The notes under the pieces: generated by a model | Told to the model about the DNA's origin: nothing | The model's input: the letters and a program-made list of their open reading frames with translations, nothing else | Databases searched by the model: none | Source: Nannocystis bainbridge | GTDB taxonomy: Bacteria > Myxococcota_A > Polyangia > Nannocystales > Nannocystaceae | Direction of reading: 5' to 3' | DNA: 64,000 nucleotides | NCBI RefSeq assembly: GCF_028368995.1 | Contig: NZ_JAQNDL010000003.1 | Location: forward strand, 1,472,001-1,536,000 | Part shown: positions 51,955 to 63,133 of the stretch, piece after piece | Numbering within the stretch: position 1 is the first letter of the stretch | Layout: each line of letters opens with the position of its first letter | Made by a program: the position numbers and the translations under genes

Positions 51955-54663
51955 TCACCCCGCGCGGGCCTGCGGCCGGAGCTGCGACAGCTGCTGCTCG
52001 ACCTCCGCGAATTCCTGCGCGCGATCCGGGTCGCGCTTCAGCAGCGCCCGCGCCTGCTCGAGCGCCACCCTCGCGGCTCCTACCTCGCCGGTGCCCTGCA
52101 GCGCCAGCGCCTTGTTGCGCAGCACCAGCAGCAGCAATTCTTCGCCGGGCTCTCCGGCCGCGCGCGCCACCGGCTCCGCCGCCGCGAACCGCTGCAGCGC
52201 CTCCGGATGGCGCTGCAGCGCCACCAAGCTCTCGCCGAGGTTGCTCTCGGTGATCGCGCGGTGCAGATGTCCCTCGGGCAACACGCGCTCTTGCAGCCGC
52301 AGCGCCTCCGCGTAGGCCGGCACCGCCCCGCTGAAGTCCCCGCGCCAGTGCAGCACCGCCCCCAGGTTGACCAGCGCCGCTGCCAGATCGGGGTGCTCCG
52401 CCGGCAGCACCTGGCGGTAGATCGCCAGCGCCTGGCGGGCGTGGTGCTCGGCCCGACCGAGCTCCCCCGTCGCGCTCGCCTGGCCCATCAGCGACGCGTG
52501 GGCCCGCCCGCACTCGACGCAGCTCGCCCCGTACGTCTCGCTCCAGATCGCCAGCGCCTCCTCGAGCAGCGCCCGCGCCCGCGCCTGCTCGCCGCCCTCG
52601 AGCAGCAGCACCGCGAGGTCGTGAGACACCCGCGCGCGCTGGGGATGACGCGGGCCGAGCTGCTCCGCGCACAGCCCCTGCGCCTCGACCAGCCGCGCCT
52701 CGGCCTCGTCGCGGCGGCCCAGCAGCGCCAGCGCGTTACCCAGGCTCTGCAGCGAGCGGATCAGCTCGAGCGTCGGCCCCTCGCTGAAGCGCAGCCGCGC
52801 GTACGCCTCGCGGTGCAGGCCGACCGCCTCGGCGAAGCGACCCTCGGCCGCGGCCGCCACCCCGAGCGCGTTGAGCAGCGTGGCTCGCCGCGGCCCCTCG
52901 TCGCCCAGCCGATCGAGCAGCGCCTGGGCCCGGCGCGCGCGCTCGTGCATGCGCTCGGGGCTCACGCGCAGGCGCGCGGCCACTGTCGCCAGCGCGACCC
53001 ATCCGCTCGCCGTGATGTCGTCGAGCCCGTGCGCCTCGGCGACATCGATCGCCGCCAGCAGGCGCGTCTCGGCCGCCACGATCTCGCCGTCCTCCGCGCG
53101 CAGGCGGCCCGCCGTCAGCAACGCGTCGGCCGCGAGCGCCGGCTCGTCGAGCCCCTGCGCCCGCGCCCCCACCTGCTCCGCCAGCCGCAGGCCCTCGCGC
53201 CGGTCACCCGCCGCCGCCTGCGCCCGCGCGGCGATCAACGCCCGCCGCAGCTCGTCGCGGACGCCTGACTTTTCGGACATGTCCCTTGCGACATTGGCGG
53301 CTTGCGCCTTGCAGCCGGCGATCGGCGGCAGCGCCTGGACCACCGCCATCGCCTGCTCCGCGTCCGCCCCGCCCGCGAACGCCAGCACCTCGGCCGCGCG
53401 CCCCAGCCCCTCCGCCGCCTGCCCGAGGCAATCGAGCTGCGCGTGCAGCTGCGCCGCCGCGCTCGCCGACAGCGCCGTCGTCGCCTCGCAGGCCCGCAGG
53501 CGCGCCTGCTGCCATTCGTCGGCGTACGCGTCGAGCGCGAGCGCGACGCGCCGCCCAGCCGCGCGCGCGTACTCGCCGGGCCCCGCGAAGCTGGCCTCCA
53601 GGGCCGCGCGCTGCGGATCGCCCCACGCGCGATCGATGCGCTGGATCGCCGCCTCGCACGAGGCCGCCCGCGGCTTGCCGCCGTCCGACGCCATCAGCCC
53701 CGCGAAGCCCCCGATCACCACCAGCGCCGCCGCCAGGCCGACCCGACGCCACCACCGCCCCGGGTCGCGCCCCAGCGCGGCGATCAGCGGCTCGAGCGAC
53801 GCGTAGCGCTGGCTCGCCGCCGGCGCCAGCCCGCGCGCCAGCGCTCGATCGATGCGCCGCGGCACCTCGCGTCTGCGCGTCGCCGTCGCCTCCGGCTTCG
53901 ACCCCGGGCGCTGCCCGTGCAGCGCCTCGTGGAGCGACACGCAGAAGCTGTAGATGTCGCTGCGCACGTCCGGCGGCCGGCCGGCGCGCTGCTCCGGCGC
54001 CATGTAGGCCGGCGTCCCGACCACCGCCCCGGTCCGCGTCAGCGGTGAATCGGACGACAGCGACAGCGCCGGCGAAGCCCCCTCGACGCCGCCCTCCAGC
54101 GCCACGCCGGTCGGCCGCGCCAGCCCGAAGTCGACCACGTACACGCGCTCGTCGTCGCCGACCAGCACGTTCTCGGCCTTGAAGTCGCGGTGCACCAGGC
54201 CGGCCGCGTGGGCCGCTTGCAGCCCGCGCGCCGCCGCCACGTACTTGGCGACCGTGGCCCGCCACGTCCGCGGCCGCTCGCGCTGCCAGGCCCGCAGCGT
54301 CTGCCCGTGGATCCGCGCCATCACGATGTAGATCTGGCCGCGGAACTGCCCGATCTCGTGGATCTCCACCACGTTCGGGTGACGCACCTGCGCCAGCAGC
54401 CGGGCCTCGCGCAGCAGCCGGCTCTCGAGCGAGCCGGGGCCGTCCACCCGCGCCAGCTTGATCGCCACCTCGCGCCCGAGCATCGGGTCGTGCGCCGCCC
54501 ACACCGTCCCCATGCCGCCGGCGCCGATGCGTCCGAGCACGCGATAGCGGCCGATCGCCAGCAGCTCCGACGAGTCGGAGCACGGCTCGCTCGGCGGTCG
54601 CCCCGACGCGTCGATCGTGTCGAGCTCGACGAGCGGCTTGCTCTCGCGGGTGGTCGTCTCCAC
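51955..54663 (-). CDS. Ser/Thr protein kinase with TM helix and TPR repeats
   Basis: [32 protein letters not shown]; multiple TPRs ([12 protein letters not shown]). Confidence 0.92.
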   Translation of the reverse strand: METTTRESKPLVELDTIDASGRPPSEPCSDSSELLAIGRYRVLGRIGAGGMGTVWAAHDPMLGREVAIKLARVDGPGSLESRLLREARLLAQVRHPNVVEIHEIGQFRGQIYIVMARIHGQTLRAWQRERPRTWRATVAKYVAAARGLQAAHAAGLVHRDFKAENVLVGDDERVYVVDFGLARPTGVALEGGVEGASPALSLSSDSPLTRTGAVVGTPAYMAPEQRAGRPPDVRSDIYSFCVSLHEALHGQRPGSKPEATATRRREVPRRIDRALARGLAPAASQRYASLEPLIAALGRDPGRWWRRVGLAAALVVIGGFAGLMASDGGKPRAASCEAAIQRIDRAWGDPQRAALEASFAGPGEYARAAGRRVALALDAYADEWQQARLRACEATTALSASAAAQLHAQLDCLGQAAEGLGRAAEVLAFAGGADAEQAMAVVQALPPIAGCKAQAANVARDMSEKSGVRDELRRALIAARAQAAAGDRREGLRLAEQVGARAQGLDEPALAADALLTAGRLRAEDGEIVAAETRLLAAIDVAEAHGLDDITASGWVALATVAARLRVSPERMHERARRAQALLDRLGDEGPRRATLLNALGVAAAAEGRFAEAVGLHREAYARLRFSEGPTLELIRSLQSLGNALALLGRRDEAEARLVEAQGLCAEQLGPRHPQRARVSHDLAVLLLEGGEQARARALLEEALAIWSETYGASCVECGRAHASLMGQASATGELGRAEHHARQALAIYRQVLPAEHPDLAAALVNLGAVLHWRGDFSGAVPAYAEALRLQERVLPEGHLHRAITESNLGESLVALQRHPEALQRFAAAEPVARAAGEPGEELLLLVLRNKALALQGTGEVGAARVALEQARALLKRDPDRAQEFAEVEQQLSQLRPQARAG

Positions 54664-54827
54664 GGCCTCGTGGCGCCTCGAAGCGCGCGGATCTCCTCGA
54701 AAATCGCGGTAACACGAGGATCGCGGCCTGACAAGGTCTCAGGGTGCGCGCGCACCGAAGATCTTGCGTCCGCGTCAGCCCCTGCAGGCGTCACGACCGC
54801 GCGCTCTTGATATAGAGTTCGCCCCCG

Positions 54828-55217
54828 ATGGCCAACTACACATCGACGATTCCAGTCCAGATCAGCGAGGTCACCAGCGGCGCCAGCTATGTGCTGGTGC
54901 TCGACACCGACGCTGCGGCCGCGTCACCCCAGCTCAATCCGCGCGACCAGGTCACGGCGAGCACCACCGGCACCTCGGTCCTGGTCACCGTCGATTCGAC
55001 CGGTGGCGCGCCCACGATCACCGACGTGGTCGCCATCCCGATCGACGGCGCCCCGTCGGTCTCGTTCACCGGCAGCGCCGGCGTGTACACGGCCAACTTC
55101 CCGGCCACCCTGACCACCTACTACTCGTGGCGCATCGAGGTCACGGTCGACGCCGAGGCGCGCCTCGGCAAGGCGCTCGTGCTCGACCCGATCCTCATCA
55201 TCCGCCGCACCAACTGA
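54828..55217 (+). CDS. Hypothetical beta-rich protein
   Basis: Good codon bias; Thr/Val-rich; ends in LDPILIIRRTN. Confidence 0.6.
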   Translation: MANYTSTIPVQISEVTSGASYVLVLDTDAAAASPQLNPRDQVTASTTGTSVLVTVDSTGGAPTITDVVAIPIDGAPSVSFTGSAGVYTANFPATLTTYYSWRIEVTVDAEARLGKALVLDPILIIRRTN

Positions 55218-55352
55218 TCGCGGACCTGCGATGATTCCGCGGATCGCACTGCGGCGATTCGCGGAATCTTCACATGGCCTTTTGAACATGTCTACGAAGA
55301 CAGCCTGCGTCATGCAATAGAACGTCGCGCCGCGGGGTTCTCTCGCTCCCGC

Positions 55353-56168
55353 ATGTCGCTCTCGCCTCGCCTCGCCCTCGCCTGCGCCCTGCTCACGCCC
55401 GCCTGCGCCGGCCGTCGCGCGCCGGCTCCGCTCACCCAGGCAGCACTGCGGTCCGAGCTCGACCGACACACCTGCGCGCGCTGGGAGCCCTCGGTCAAGC
55501 AGTGGAGCCTGCTCCTGTTCGACCCCGACTGCGAGCCTGCGCCGCCGTCCGGTGACCCTGCGAAGCTCGTGCACGCCGCCGTCGCTCGCCTGCGGCCGCT
55601 CGTGTTCCTCTCGACCGCGGTCTACGACCGCTTCTACGACGCCCCCGGGGCCGCGGCGCTGCCCCCCGCGACGGCCCAGCGCCGCGCCGACGCCGTCGTG
55701 TGGTCCGACCCCGACCTCACCGCGGCGATCTGGCGCGCCCTCGCCGTCGAGCTCGGCGCGCGCGGCCTCGCGTGCAGCGACTGCCCGCCCGGCCCCGCGC
55801 CCGCGCCCGTCACGATCGCCTGGGCCGACCTCTTCCCGTACCTCGCCGCCTACGTCTGGCCGGCGCAGGCCAGCCCGGACGCCCCGGTGCAGATCTTCAC
55901 CTGCAGCGGCATCCACGGCGCCGCTGCCCTGCCCGAAGCGCCCGCGCTCACGCAGGCCGGCAAGCTCGTCGCCCTCGCCTTCGCCGACGACCCGGCCCAC
56001 GGACGCGAGATCCACGACCTCGCTGGCGCCGGCTCGTTGGCCGACGTCACGCGAGCCGTGCGCGACTACCTCGATTCGCCGCCGAGCCGGCGCTTCGCCT
56101 GCGCCGCCCTGGCCGACGTCGCCTGGTACACCGGCCTGCGGATCACCGACTGCGACGCCGCCGGATGA
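55353..56168 (+). CDS. Putative lipoprotein
   Basis: LTPAC lipobox-like; GC-rich third positions. Confidence 0.6.
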   Translation: MSLSPRLALACALLTPACAGRRAPAPLTQAALRSELDRHTCARWEPSVKQWSLLLFDPDCEPAPPSGDPAKLVHAAVARLRPLVFLSTAVYDRFYDAPGAAALPPATAQRRADAVVWSDPDLTAAIWRALAVELGARGLACSDCPPGPAPAPVTIAWADLFPYLAAYVWPAQASPDAPVQIFTCSGIHGAAALPEAPALTQAGKLVALAFADDPAHGREIHDLAGAGSLADVTRAVRDYLDSPPSRRFACAALADVAWYTGLRITDCDAAG

Positions 56169-56182
56169 TGCGGTCGTCATCA

Positions 56183-56228
56183 AATGTCTTCAAGGACATG
56201 CCCTTCACGACATGTCCTTGGCGACATC
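56183..56228. repeat. 14-bp-phased CATG array
   Basis: aatg 56183, CATG 56197, 56211, catc 56225. Confidence 0.85.
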
Positions 56229-56281
56229 TGCCAGTGATGCCCGCGACGCCCCGATGACGCGAGGCGTCGCGGCTCATTCGC

Positions 56282-57916
56282 TCAGCGGATCCAGATGTGA
56301 CCGGCCGTGTTGTAGATCATCGGGCCTGCCGCGAAGCCGGACGGCGTCCGCCACGGCGCGTCGACGCCCGGGGCCACGTCGCAGCCCGACGTGTAGTACG
56401 ACTGCGCGCCGAAGCCGGCCGCGTCGTTGAGGGTGTTGATGTTGTTCTCGTTGTTGAGCACCAGCCCGAAGCGCACGCGCGCGTCGTAGCACGATTGGTC
56501 GTCGTCGATGTTGATGCCGGTGGCGATGTACATCGGGGCGATCGACGCCTCGGCCAGCGTGCGGCCCTGGATCGTCAGCCACTTGACCTTCTCCGCCTGG
56601 GCCTCGTTGAAGTAGAGCCCCTTCATGGCGATGTCCGAGCCGACCGGCGTATTTTTAAACAGGTCGAGCAGCGTCGTCGTGCCCGGCAGCGCGTAGGACT
56701 TGCAGGCGTAGGCCTTGGTCACCGGGTGCTGCATGCAGCCGCGGATCTCGCCGCCCGGCAGCACGTTGTAGGCCTGGAACTTGCCGTCGAGCGTGTCGGT
56801 CGGCGACTTCAACGCCTCGTTGACGACCGTCACCGTCGTCCAGTGCGGCGAATAGAAATCGAACGTGCCCTGCGCCGGCGCGAAGCGGATCGCCAGCGCC
56901 CAGCCGCCGCCGTCGGTCGTCATGTCGCACCACACCTCGAACGACGCGCCCGGGCCGGCGCCGTCGGCGTCGATCGTGTAGAGCCCGTTGGCCGCGTTCG
57001 GCTGGGCCTGCTTGATCGCCTTGCAGCTGGCCGAGACCACGCACTGATTCTGGTCGCAGCTGCCGCTCCCGCAGTCGCTGCCCTGCTCGCAGCCCTCGGC
57101 CAGCTCGCACGGCGCGCAGTCGGGCCCGCCGCAGTCGACATCGGACTCCGCGCCGCTCTCGATCCCGTCCTGACAGCTCGGCGGGGCGCACAGGGTCGTG
57201 CACGCGTCGGTGTCGTCGGCGTTGCCGTCGTCGCAGGTCTCGACCCCCGCGTGCACGAACCCGTCGCCGCAGCTGGCCGCCGCGCAGGTGCTGAGGCACG
57301 CGTCGGTGTCGATCGCGTTGCCGTCGTCGCACGCCTCGCCGACCTGGATCGCCCCGTCGCCGCACGACGCCGGCGCGCAGTCGTTGTTGCAGTCGTCGGC
57401 GTCGACCTCGTTGCCGTCGTCGCACGCCTCGCCGGGCCCGACGAAGCCGTCGCCGCAGCTGGCGTTCTGGCAGCCCTCGACGCACGTGTCCGTGTTGTCG
57501 TCGTTGCCGTCGTCGCACGCCTCGTCGCCCTCGACCTGGCCGTCGCCGCACACCGGCGGCGGCCCGTCGGTCGTCGAGGTCGAGGTCGTCTCGCCGTCGG
57601 TCGTGCTCGTCGTGCCCGTCGTCGTCGTCGTGTCAGTCGTGCTCGTCGTCGTCGTCGTCTCGGCGTCGGTCGTCGTCGAAAGCGAGCTCGAGCTGGTCGC
57701 GTCACCCGAGGCGCTGCCGTCGGTCGGCACCGTGGAGGTGCTGGTAGTCGGCGCCGTGGTCGCCTCGGTGGGCGTGCCCGTCGTCGTCTCCACCGTCGTC
57801 GTCTCGGTCCCGGTGCCCGTCTCGGTCGCGCTGGTCACGGTCGCCACGCCGTCCCCGTTGCACGCGATCAGCGAACACATCCCCCACGCCGCGGCCCTCA
57901 CAAGCTGTCTTTTCAT
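56282..57916 (-). CDS. DUF4215 Cys-rich repeat lipoprotein with fibrinogen-like domain (paralog of 41032-42564)
   Basis: LIAC lipobox, Thr-rich linker, CGDG..EACDDGN repeats, ESDVDCGG, VWCDMTTDGGGW. Confidence 0.87.
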   Translation of the reverse strand: MKRQLVRAAAWGMCSLIACNGDGVATVTSATETGTGTETTTVETTTGTPTEATTAPTTSTSTVPTDGSASGDATSSSSLSTTTDAETTTTTSTTDTTTTTGTTSTTDGETTSTSTTDGPPPVCGDGQVEGDEACDDGNDDNTDTCVEGCQNASCGDGFVGPGEACDDGNEVDADDCNNDCAPASCGDGAIQVGEACDDGNAIDTDACLSTCAAASCGDGFVHAGVETCDDGNADDTDACTTLCAPPSCQDGIESGAESDVDCGGPDCAPCELAEGCEQGSDCGSGSCDQNQCVVSASCKAIKQAQPNAANGLYTIDADGAGPGASFEVWCDMTTDGGGWALAIRFAPAQGTFDFYSPHWTTVTVVNEALKSPTDTLDGKFQAYNVLPGGEIRGCMQHPVTKAYACKSYALPGTTTLLDLFKNTPVGSDIAMKGLYFNEAQAEKVKWLTIQGRTLAEASIAPMYIATGINIDDDQSCYDARVRFGLVLNNENNINTLNDAAGFGAQSYYTSGCDVAPGVDAPWRTPSGFAAGPMIYNTAGHIWIR

Positions 57917-58245
57917 CGATCCTCGCCTCCCTACAATCCGCACGACGGGTAGTCCGAGGCGCCCTTCCCTGTCAAGGACGGGGCCCCCGGCGACGCACGC
58001 GCCGTGACGCAGCGCAGAGCATCATCCATGAGCTCGCCGAGTGCGCGCCCGGTCGTCCGCATGGAGCCGCCCCGGAGCGTGCTTTCGAGCCTGCGCGAAC
58101 GAGGGCCTCCTTTGCGACAGCAGGGCGCGAGCCGCAGGAGCTCATGCGACGGTTCGCCCCGAGGCCCCGGCCGAGCTGGCTTCGACCGACGACGCGCCCG
58201 GCGTCACAACATGTCCCAAGAGACATGTCGAAGCGCCGGCTCGCC

Positions 58246-58581
58246 TCACGCGAACGAGCGCACGGCCTCGTCCTCGCTCTCGTGGACCTCGAACACCGAC
58301 AGCAGCCGCGTGATCAGGAGGACGTCGTGCACCCTGGGCGGCACGGCCGCGAGCTTGAGCCTGGCGTTCTGGTTGTTGGCGGTCGTGTAGGCGCTGACCA
58401 GCTCGCCGATGCCGGACGAATCCACCGTCGTCACCTCGGACAGGTTGAGCACGAGCTTGCGCGCGCCGTTGTCGAGGGCGGCCCGCACGGCGTCCCGTAG
58501 GGTGGAGCCGGTCTCGATGGTGAGCTTGCCGCGCGGCGCGAGCACCGTGACGTCTTCGAGCTGTCGGGTCGTGATGGTCAT
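58246..58581 (-). CDS. Anti-sigma factor antagonist (STAS, RsbV/SpoIIAA-like)
   Basis: LNLSEVTTVDSSGIGEL phospho-Ser motif; ITRL..VF. Confidence 0.9.
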   Translation of the reverse strand: MTITTRQLEDVTVLAPRGKLTIETGSTLRDAVRAALDNGARKLVLNLSEVTTVDSSGIGELVSAYTTANNQNARLKLAAVPPRVHDVLLITRLLSVFEVHESEDEAVRSFA

Positions 58582-59045
58582 ACCTTGTCTCCTTGTTGTT
58601 CGCGGATCGGGACGAAAGGACGCGGGGCCGCGAATCGCGAGCGCAGGACCACCGAAGTCCCGCCGCCCGCCCGCGGCACGAAGCGAGCATCGTCGACGAG
58701 GTGGCGGATCAGGAACACGCCGCGTCCGTCGGGCCGCAGCCGCCGCGCCGGCTCGCGTGGGTCCGCGAGCCGGGCGGCGTCGAAGCCCTCGCCGCGGTCC
58801 TCGACCCGCACGACGAGCTGACCGTCGCGCGCCTCCGCGGTGAGCGTCACCGATTTATCGGGGTCTTCGCGGTTGCCGTGCACGATCGCGTTGGCCACCG
58901 CCTCGCGCACCGCGAGGTCGATGCTCCACTGCGTCTCGGCGTCGACGCCCGCGCTCCGCATGAACTCGCCCAGCGGCTGCTGGACGGCCTCCACGCTGCG
59001 CCTGCGGCTGGCGAGGGTCAGCTGAATGGAAGGACCTGCTGCCAC
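58578..59045 (-). CDS. Anti-sigma factor Ser kinase (RsbW/SpoIIAB-like HATPase)
   Basis: EAVANAIVHGN, VEDRGEGFD, GRGVFLI; stop overlaps the antagonist start. Confidence 0.88.
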   Translation of the reverse strand: MAAGPSIQLTLASRRRSVEAVQQPLGEFMRSAGVDAETQWSIDLAVREAVANAIVHGNREDPDKSVTLTAEARDGQLVVRVEDRGEGFDAARLADPREPARRLRPDGRGVFLIRHLVDDARFVPRAGGGTSVVLRSRFAAPRPFVPIREQQGDKV

Positions 59046-59541
59046 GGGCCGCCAACCCTAGCATGGCCCACCACGCCCGCCACGCGCATGAATGCGCCGC
59101 CGCTCTCTTCCTTTCATGATGGTCGCGGCTCGGGCAATCGTCCGCTCGCCCACCGCTGATTCGCTGACATCGCGCGCGACATGGCCTTTGCGAGCGAAGG
59201 TCCGCTTCGCCCTCGCTCGAAATCATGAGAGCACGGCCGAGCCCGGTAGCACCCAACCCTGCCACACGAGTTCGCAGGGTTCAGATCCGTCGCGCGAAGC
59301 GGGTTCGTGCGCATCGAGCCTCACGGGCGAGCGGCGCACCGATGGCGACGCGAGGGTAGATCTCGCAGCACAGGGCCGAGGCCCCGGCGAGCGCCCACCA
59401 CGCCGCCCGCCCGCGCACGGCCGACGACCCCACGCACTCGCTCGCGAGGACGCCGAGGCGCTTCGACTCGCGCGGTCATCGCGGGCCGCGGCTGGCCGAT
59501 CGGTCGCACAGCCCCACCGTCCTCGACTATTCTGTTCGCGC

Positions 59542-61341
59542 ATGCCGAAGGCGCAGCGGCTCGCGGGGCTCGTGTCGTCGACCCTGCTGGCGTGCGCGCC
59601 GGAGCTGCCGCGAAGCGTGCAGCCGAGCGGTCGCAGCGGCGCCGAGCCCTGGCCCGACATCGCCGCTCCGATGCCGGCCCGGCGAGACAGTCGGGGCGAC
59701 GCCGCCCTGATCGTCAGCATCGAGGACTACAGCCAGCTGCCCGACCGCCCCGGCGCCCACGCCGTCGCCGGCGCGTGGTACCGCTATTTGTGGCAGACCC
59801 GCGGCCTGCGGCCCGCGCGGATCTCCTGGCTGCGCGACCGCCAGGCCGGCGGCGACTCGCTGCGCAAGGCCCTCCAGCAGGCCCACGGGAGGGTCGGCAA
59901 GGACGCCACGTTATGGGTCGTGTTCGTCGGCCACGCCGCGACGGCCGCGGGCGACGCTCACGGGATCTTGCTGGACCCGGACGCCAGCGCCGGTCGCTGG
60001 CGCGGCACGCCGGTGCGCGGCTTGCTCGCGCTCGCGGGCCACGGCCTGCACCGGCGCCTGATCGCCGTGCTCGATGGCTGCCTGCCCGAAGGGACAGGTG
60101 ACGCCGCGCGCTCCGGGCTGACCGCCTCGGGCCTGCCCGCGCTCGCGCCGTGGGCCGGGCTGGCCCCGCGTTCGCACGACCCCATGCGCGGGTCGGGCCT
60201 CGGAGCCATGCTCGCCGAGACCAGGGACCGGGTCGCGCTCGACATGGCCCGCCGCGGCCGCGAGCCGGCCGACGCGGTCGTGTTCACCGCCGGGGCCGGG
60301 CCCGCCTGCCGCGAGGACCTGCCCGGCGCCGACACCCCCGCGCTGTCGTACCTGCTGCTCGGCGGCCTGCGCGGGTGGGCCGACATCAGCGGCGACGGTC
60401 GGGTCAGCGCGAGCGAGGCGCACCGCCACGTCGACCTGCTCCTTCGGACAGGTTATCACGGCAGCCCGGCCACACCGCGGCCGCAGGCGCGCGGCGTCGA
60501 GTTCACCCTCGCTCACGACGCGCGCGAGCGCGGCCCCACGATCGCCGGCGTGTTGCCGCTCGACGAGACCATCGACGAGCGCGCCCTGGCGGCCGAAGCC
60601 GGGGCCCTGTTCGTCGCCGAGCCGATGCTGAAGATCGATCGCGGGCGCTTCACCCTCGGCTGCCGCAGCCGACGCGACCGCGCCTGCGAGGCCGACGAAC
60701 GGCCGGCCTCGCGGGTCTTCCTCGACAGCTTCGCCATCGACGAGCACGAGGTCACGTGGCGCGACTACGCCGCCTGCGTCGCCGCGGGCGGTTGCGAGAA
60801 GATCGCCGTGCATCGCTGCGAGGTGTGGACCGGCGACGCGTTCGTGCGCGGCGCCCCGCTGGCCGACGCATTCATGCGCGAGGATCACCCGGTCGTGTGC
60901 GCGACCTGGGCCCAGGCCGCGGCGTTCTGCGCCTGGCGCGACAAGCGGCTGCCGACCGAGGCCGAGTGGGAACGCGCCGCCCGCGGCCCCGACGACCGCC
61001 ACGAATACCCGTGGGGCGACGCGCCGCCGACCTGCCAGCGGGCCCAGACGCACGAATGCGGCCCCACCACCGCGCCGGTCGGCAGCCACCCCGCCGGCCG
61101 CAGCCCCGACGGCGTGCACGACCTCGCTGGCAACGCCTCGGAGTGGGTCGCCGATTGGTACCACCCCCGGGCCTACGCCCGCAGTCACGGCCACAACCCC
61201 GCCGGCCCCGACCGCGGCGAGGTCCGGGTCGTGCGCGGCGGCAGCTTCTACGACGGCCCCGGCTACCTGCGCGTGTCCTATCGCTACGGCCTCAGCCCGC
61301 AATGGGGCTACGGCACCGTCGGCTTCCGCTGCGCGCGCTGA
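59542..61341 (+). CDS. Lipoprotein with caspase-like domain and FGE-sulfatase (SUMF1) domain
   Basis: ALIVSIEDY, VFVGH, LDGC; then EVT..DY, PVVCATW..A..FC, RLPTEAEWERAARG, DLAGNASEW, RGGSF, GFRCA. Confidence 0.8.
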   Translation: MPKAQRLAGLVSSTLLACAPELPRSVQPSGRSGAEPWPDIAAPMPARRDSRGDAALIVSIEDYSQLPDRPGAHAVAGAWYRYLWQTRGLRPARISWLRDRQAGGDSLRKALQQAHGRVGKDATLWVVFVGHAATAAGDAHGILLDPDASAGRWRGTPVRGLLALAGHGLHRRLIAVLDGCLPEGTGDAARSGLTASGLPALAPWAGLAPRSHDPMRGSGLGAMLAETRDRVALDMARRGREPADAVVFTAGAGPACREDLPGADTPALSYLLLGGLRGWADISGDGRVSASEAHRHVDLLLRTGYHGSPATPRPQARGVEFTLAHDARERGPTIAGVLPLDETIDERALAAEAGALFVAEPMLKIDRGRFTLGCRSRRDRACEADERPASRVFLDSFAIDEHEVTWRDYAACVAAGGCEKIAVHRCEVWTGDAFVRGAPLADAFMREDHPVVCATWAQAAAFCAWRDKRLPTEAEWERAARGPDDRHEYPWGDAPPTCQRAQTHECGPTTAPVGSHPAGRSPDGVHDLAGNASEWVADWYHPRAYARSHGHNPAGPDRGEVRVVRGGSFYDGPGYLRVSYRYGLSPQWGYGTVGFRCAR

Positions 61342-61636
61342 TATCACATGTCCCACGGGACATGTCGCCCGCGCAGTGATACGCTCCCGACGCTCTTTTT
61401 AGCGGTTATCGAGCATCGGGAGAACCTTCGAGTTCGCGGCGCCTCGCCGGGACATAGGGACCTCGCGCGGAGCGCCTGCCATCGTCCGTGAAGCACCGGC
61501 CCGGCGCGGCATACCCCGCGCCCGAAAAATGGCCAGTCACGCAATTTCGGTGGTCGTGGCCCCGCTGCGGGTTCGCTCGTCACCGGGGTCCAGGCCGGGG
61601 AGCGGGCCCGCAGCGGGGCGAGGGGAATCACGGCAG

Positions 61637-62362
61637 TTACAGGCAGCTGCTCGGGCCGACGTAGATGTCGCCGTCGCAGAACAGCGCCCCGCCGGTCACG
61701 CAGGCCTCGAGGCAATCGGACATCAGCTCCGCCGCGCAGAAGGCGAACAGGTGCAGGTCGTCGTTGAAGTCGAGCTGGACGCTGCAGGCCGGCTCGACCG
61801 CGATCGGGTCGCACTGGGCCAGACAATCGAGGCCCTCCTGCACTTCACAATCGGTCTCGAGGTCGAAGCCGAGGTCGGTGCACTCGTCGAACTCGAGGTC
61901 CGGGACGAGGTCGACGTCCGGGAAGAGGTCGATGTCGATGTCGATATCGAGGTCGATGAGACCGAGCAGACAGGCGTCGGCGCCGACGAACAGGCCGTCG
62001 CAGAACAGCGCCCCGCCGTCCTCGATCTCGGCCTCGCACAGCGCGACCATGTCGCCGAGGCAGTCCGCGAAGTCATGGATGTCCGGGCCGGGCCCGAGCT
62101 GGACGAGGCAGGCCTCCGCGACGCTCACCGGGTCGCAGACGAGCTCGTCGAGGTCGTCGATCACGATACAGTCGGCGCCGAGGTCGAGGTCGATATCGAA
62201 GCACTCGCCGAGGCCGAGATCGATGTCGTCGTCGCCGTCATCCTCTCCGCAGCCGATGCCGAGCAGAGGGCACAGGTCGATCAGGGCGTGGGCCGGCGTC
62301 GCCATGCTGGCCGCGGCGGAGAATGCGAAGACCGTGAAGAGGTGGGAAATGGTGCGTGACAT
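61637..62362 (-). CDS. Secreted, extremely acidic Cys-rich protein with internal duplication
   Basis: AAGGAG RBS, signal peptide ending AHA, two GGALFCDG repeats. Confidence 0.75.
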   Translation of the reverse strand: MSRTISHLFTVFAFSAAASMATPAHALIDLCPLLGIGCGEDDGDDDIDLGLGECFDIDLDLGADCIVIDDLDELVCDPVSVAEACLVQLGPGPDIHDFADCLGDMVALCEAEIEDGGALFCDGLFVGADACLLGLIDLDIDIDIDLFPDVDLVPDLEFDECTDLGFDLETDCEVQEGLDCLAQCDPIAVEPACSVQLDFNDDLHLFAFCAAELMSDCLEACVTGGALFCDGDIYVGPSSCL

Positions 62363-63133
62363 TGGGAATACTCCTTGGTAGGTCCATCGAACCCGTCGAT
62401 AGCGATCACGGACGGGCTCGGCGAATCCCCTGCTATGAATCCCGCAGGGTCGTTTCGGGCTAACCATGGAGCCCCGGCAGGTGCGGGCAAACGACAAAAA
62501 CATGCGCTCGCCCGCCCTTCACCCTGGAAAACGGCGTCTAGCGGCGTTCTTCGGCCACTTTACGCGGTTTTCCGGCGGCCTCTCCGCCCCCCTGGGGGCA
62601 TGCGTCGGGGGAATACACCCCCGGCGCTTCGCCCCGCCCGGTCCATCAGGCGAGCTCACCATTAAAAGGCCTCGACGCGCCCATTTCGCCGGCTCCATGC
62701 GATGTCTCCATGCCGTCATTGGCAGGACCCGATCTGGAATGCGGGTTCGACCGCGATGGCGTACGACCGGTCCATGGCGCTCGCCGACGCGCAGGACAGG
62801 CCGGTCCGTCGCGCCGCTTCGATCGGCCTGAATCGGGCCAATTCCGCCGCTAATCGGCGAATTCGCGAGAGGCAGACCCTCGAGTCCCGGAGCGGGAATT
62901 GCGCGTTCGGTCTACCCCGTTATGATTCGCAGCGACCTCGTCCTCGGCCCTGCAGACAGCGCTGGGCTCGCTGGCACGATCGGGCCGAATCACCTCACTC
63001 GACCCCGGCCGAGGCCGCCTGTCACCGGACCGAGCCCGCAGGCGCCCGCCGTGAATCAAGGCTCACGACCCGCGCCCTGCCACCATTCACCCGGCGCCCC
63101 GCGACCTGTCGCGGAGCGCCTCGCCTCGGCGCC

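Noticed and set aside
62363-63133. Possible ncRNA/riboswitch in the long intergenic region
   Set aside because: Only short GC hairpins are visible and I could not recognise any family consensus; an Rfam/Infernal scan would be needed.
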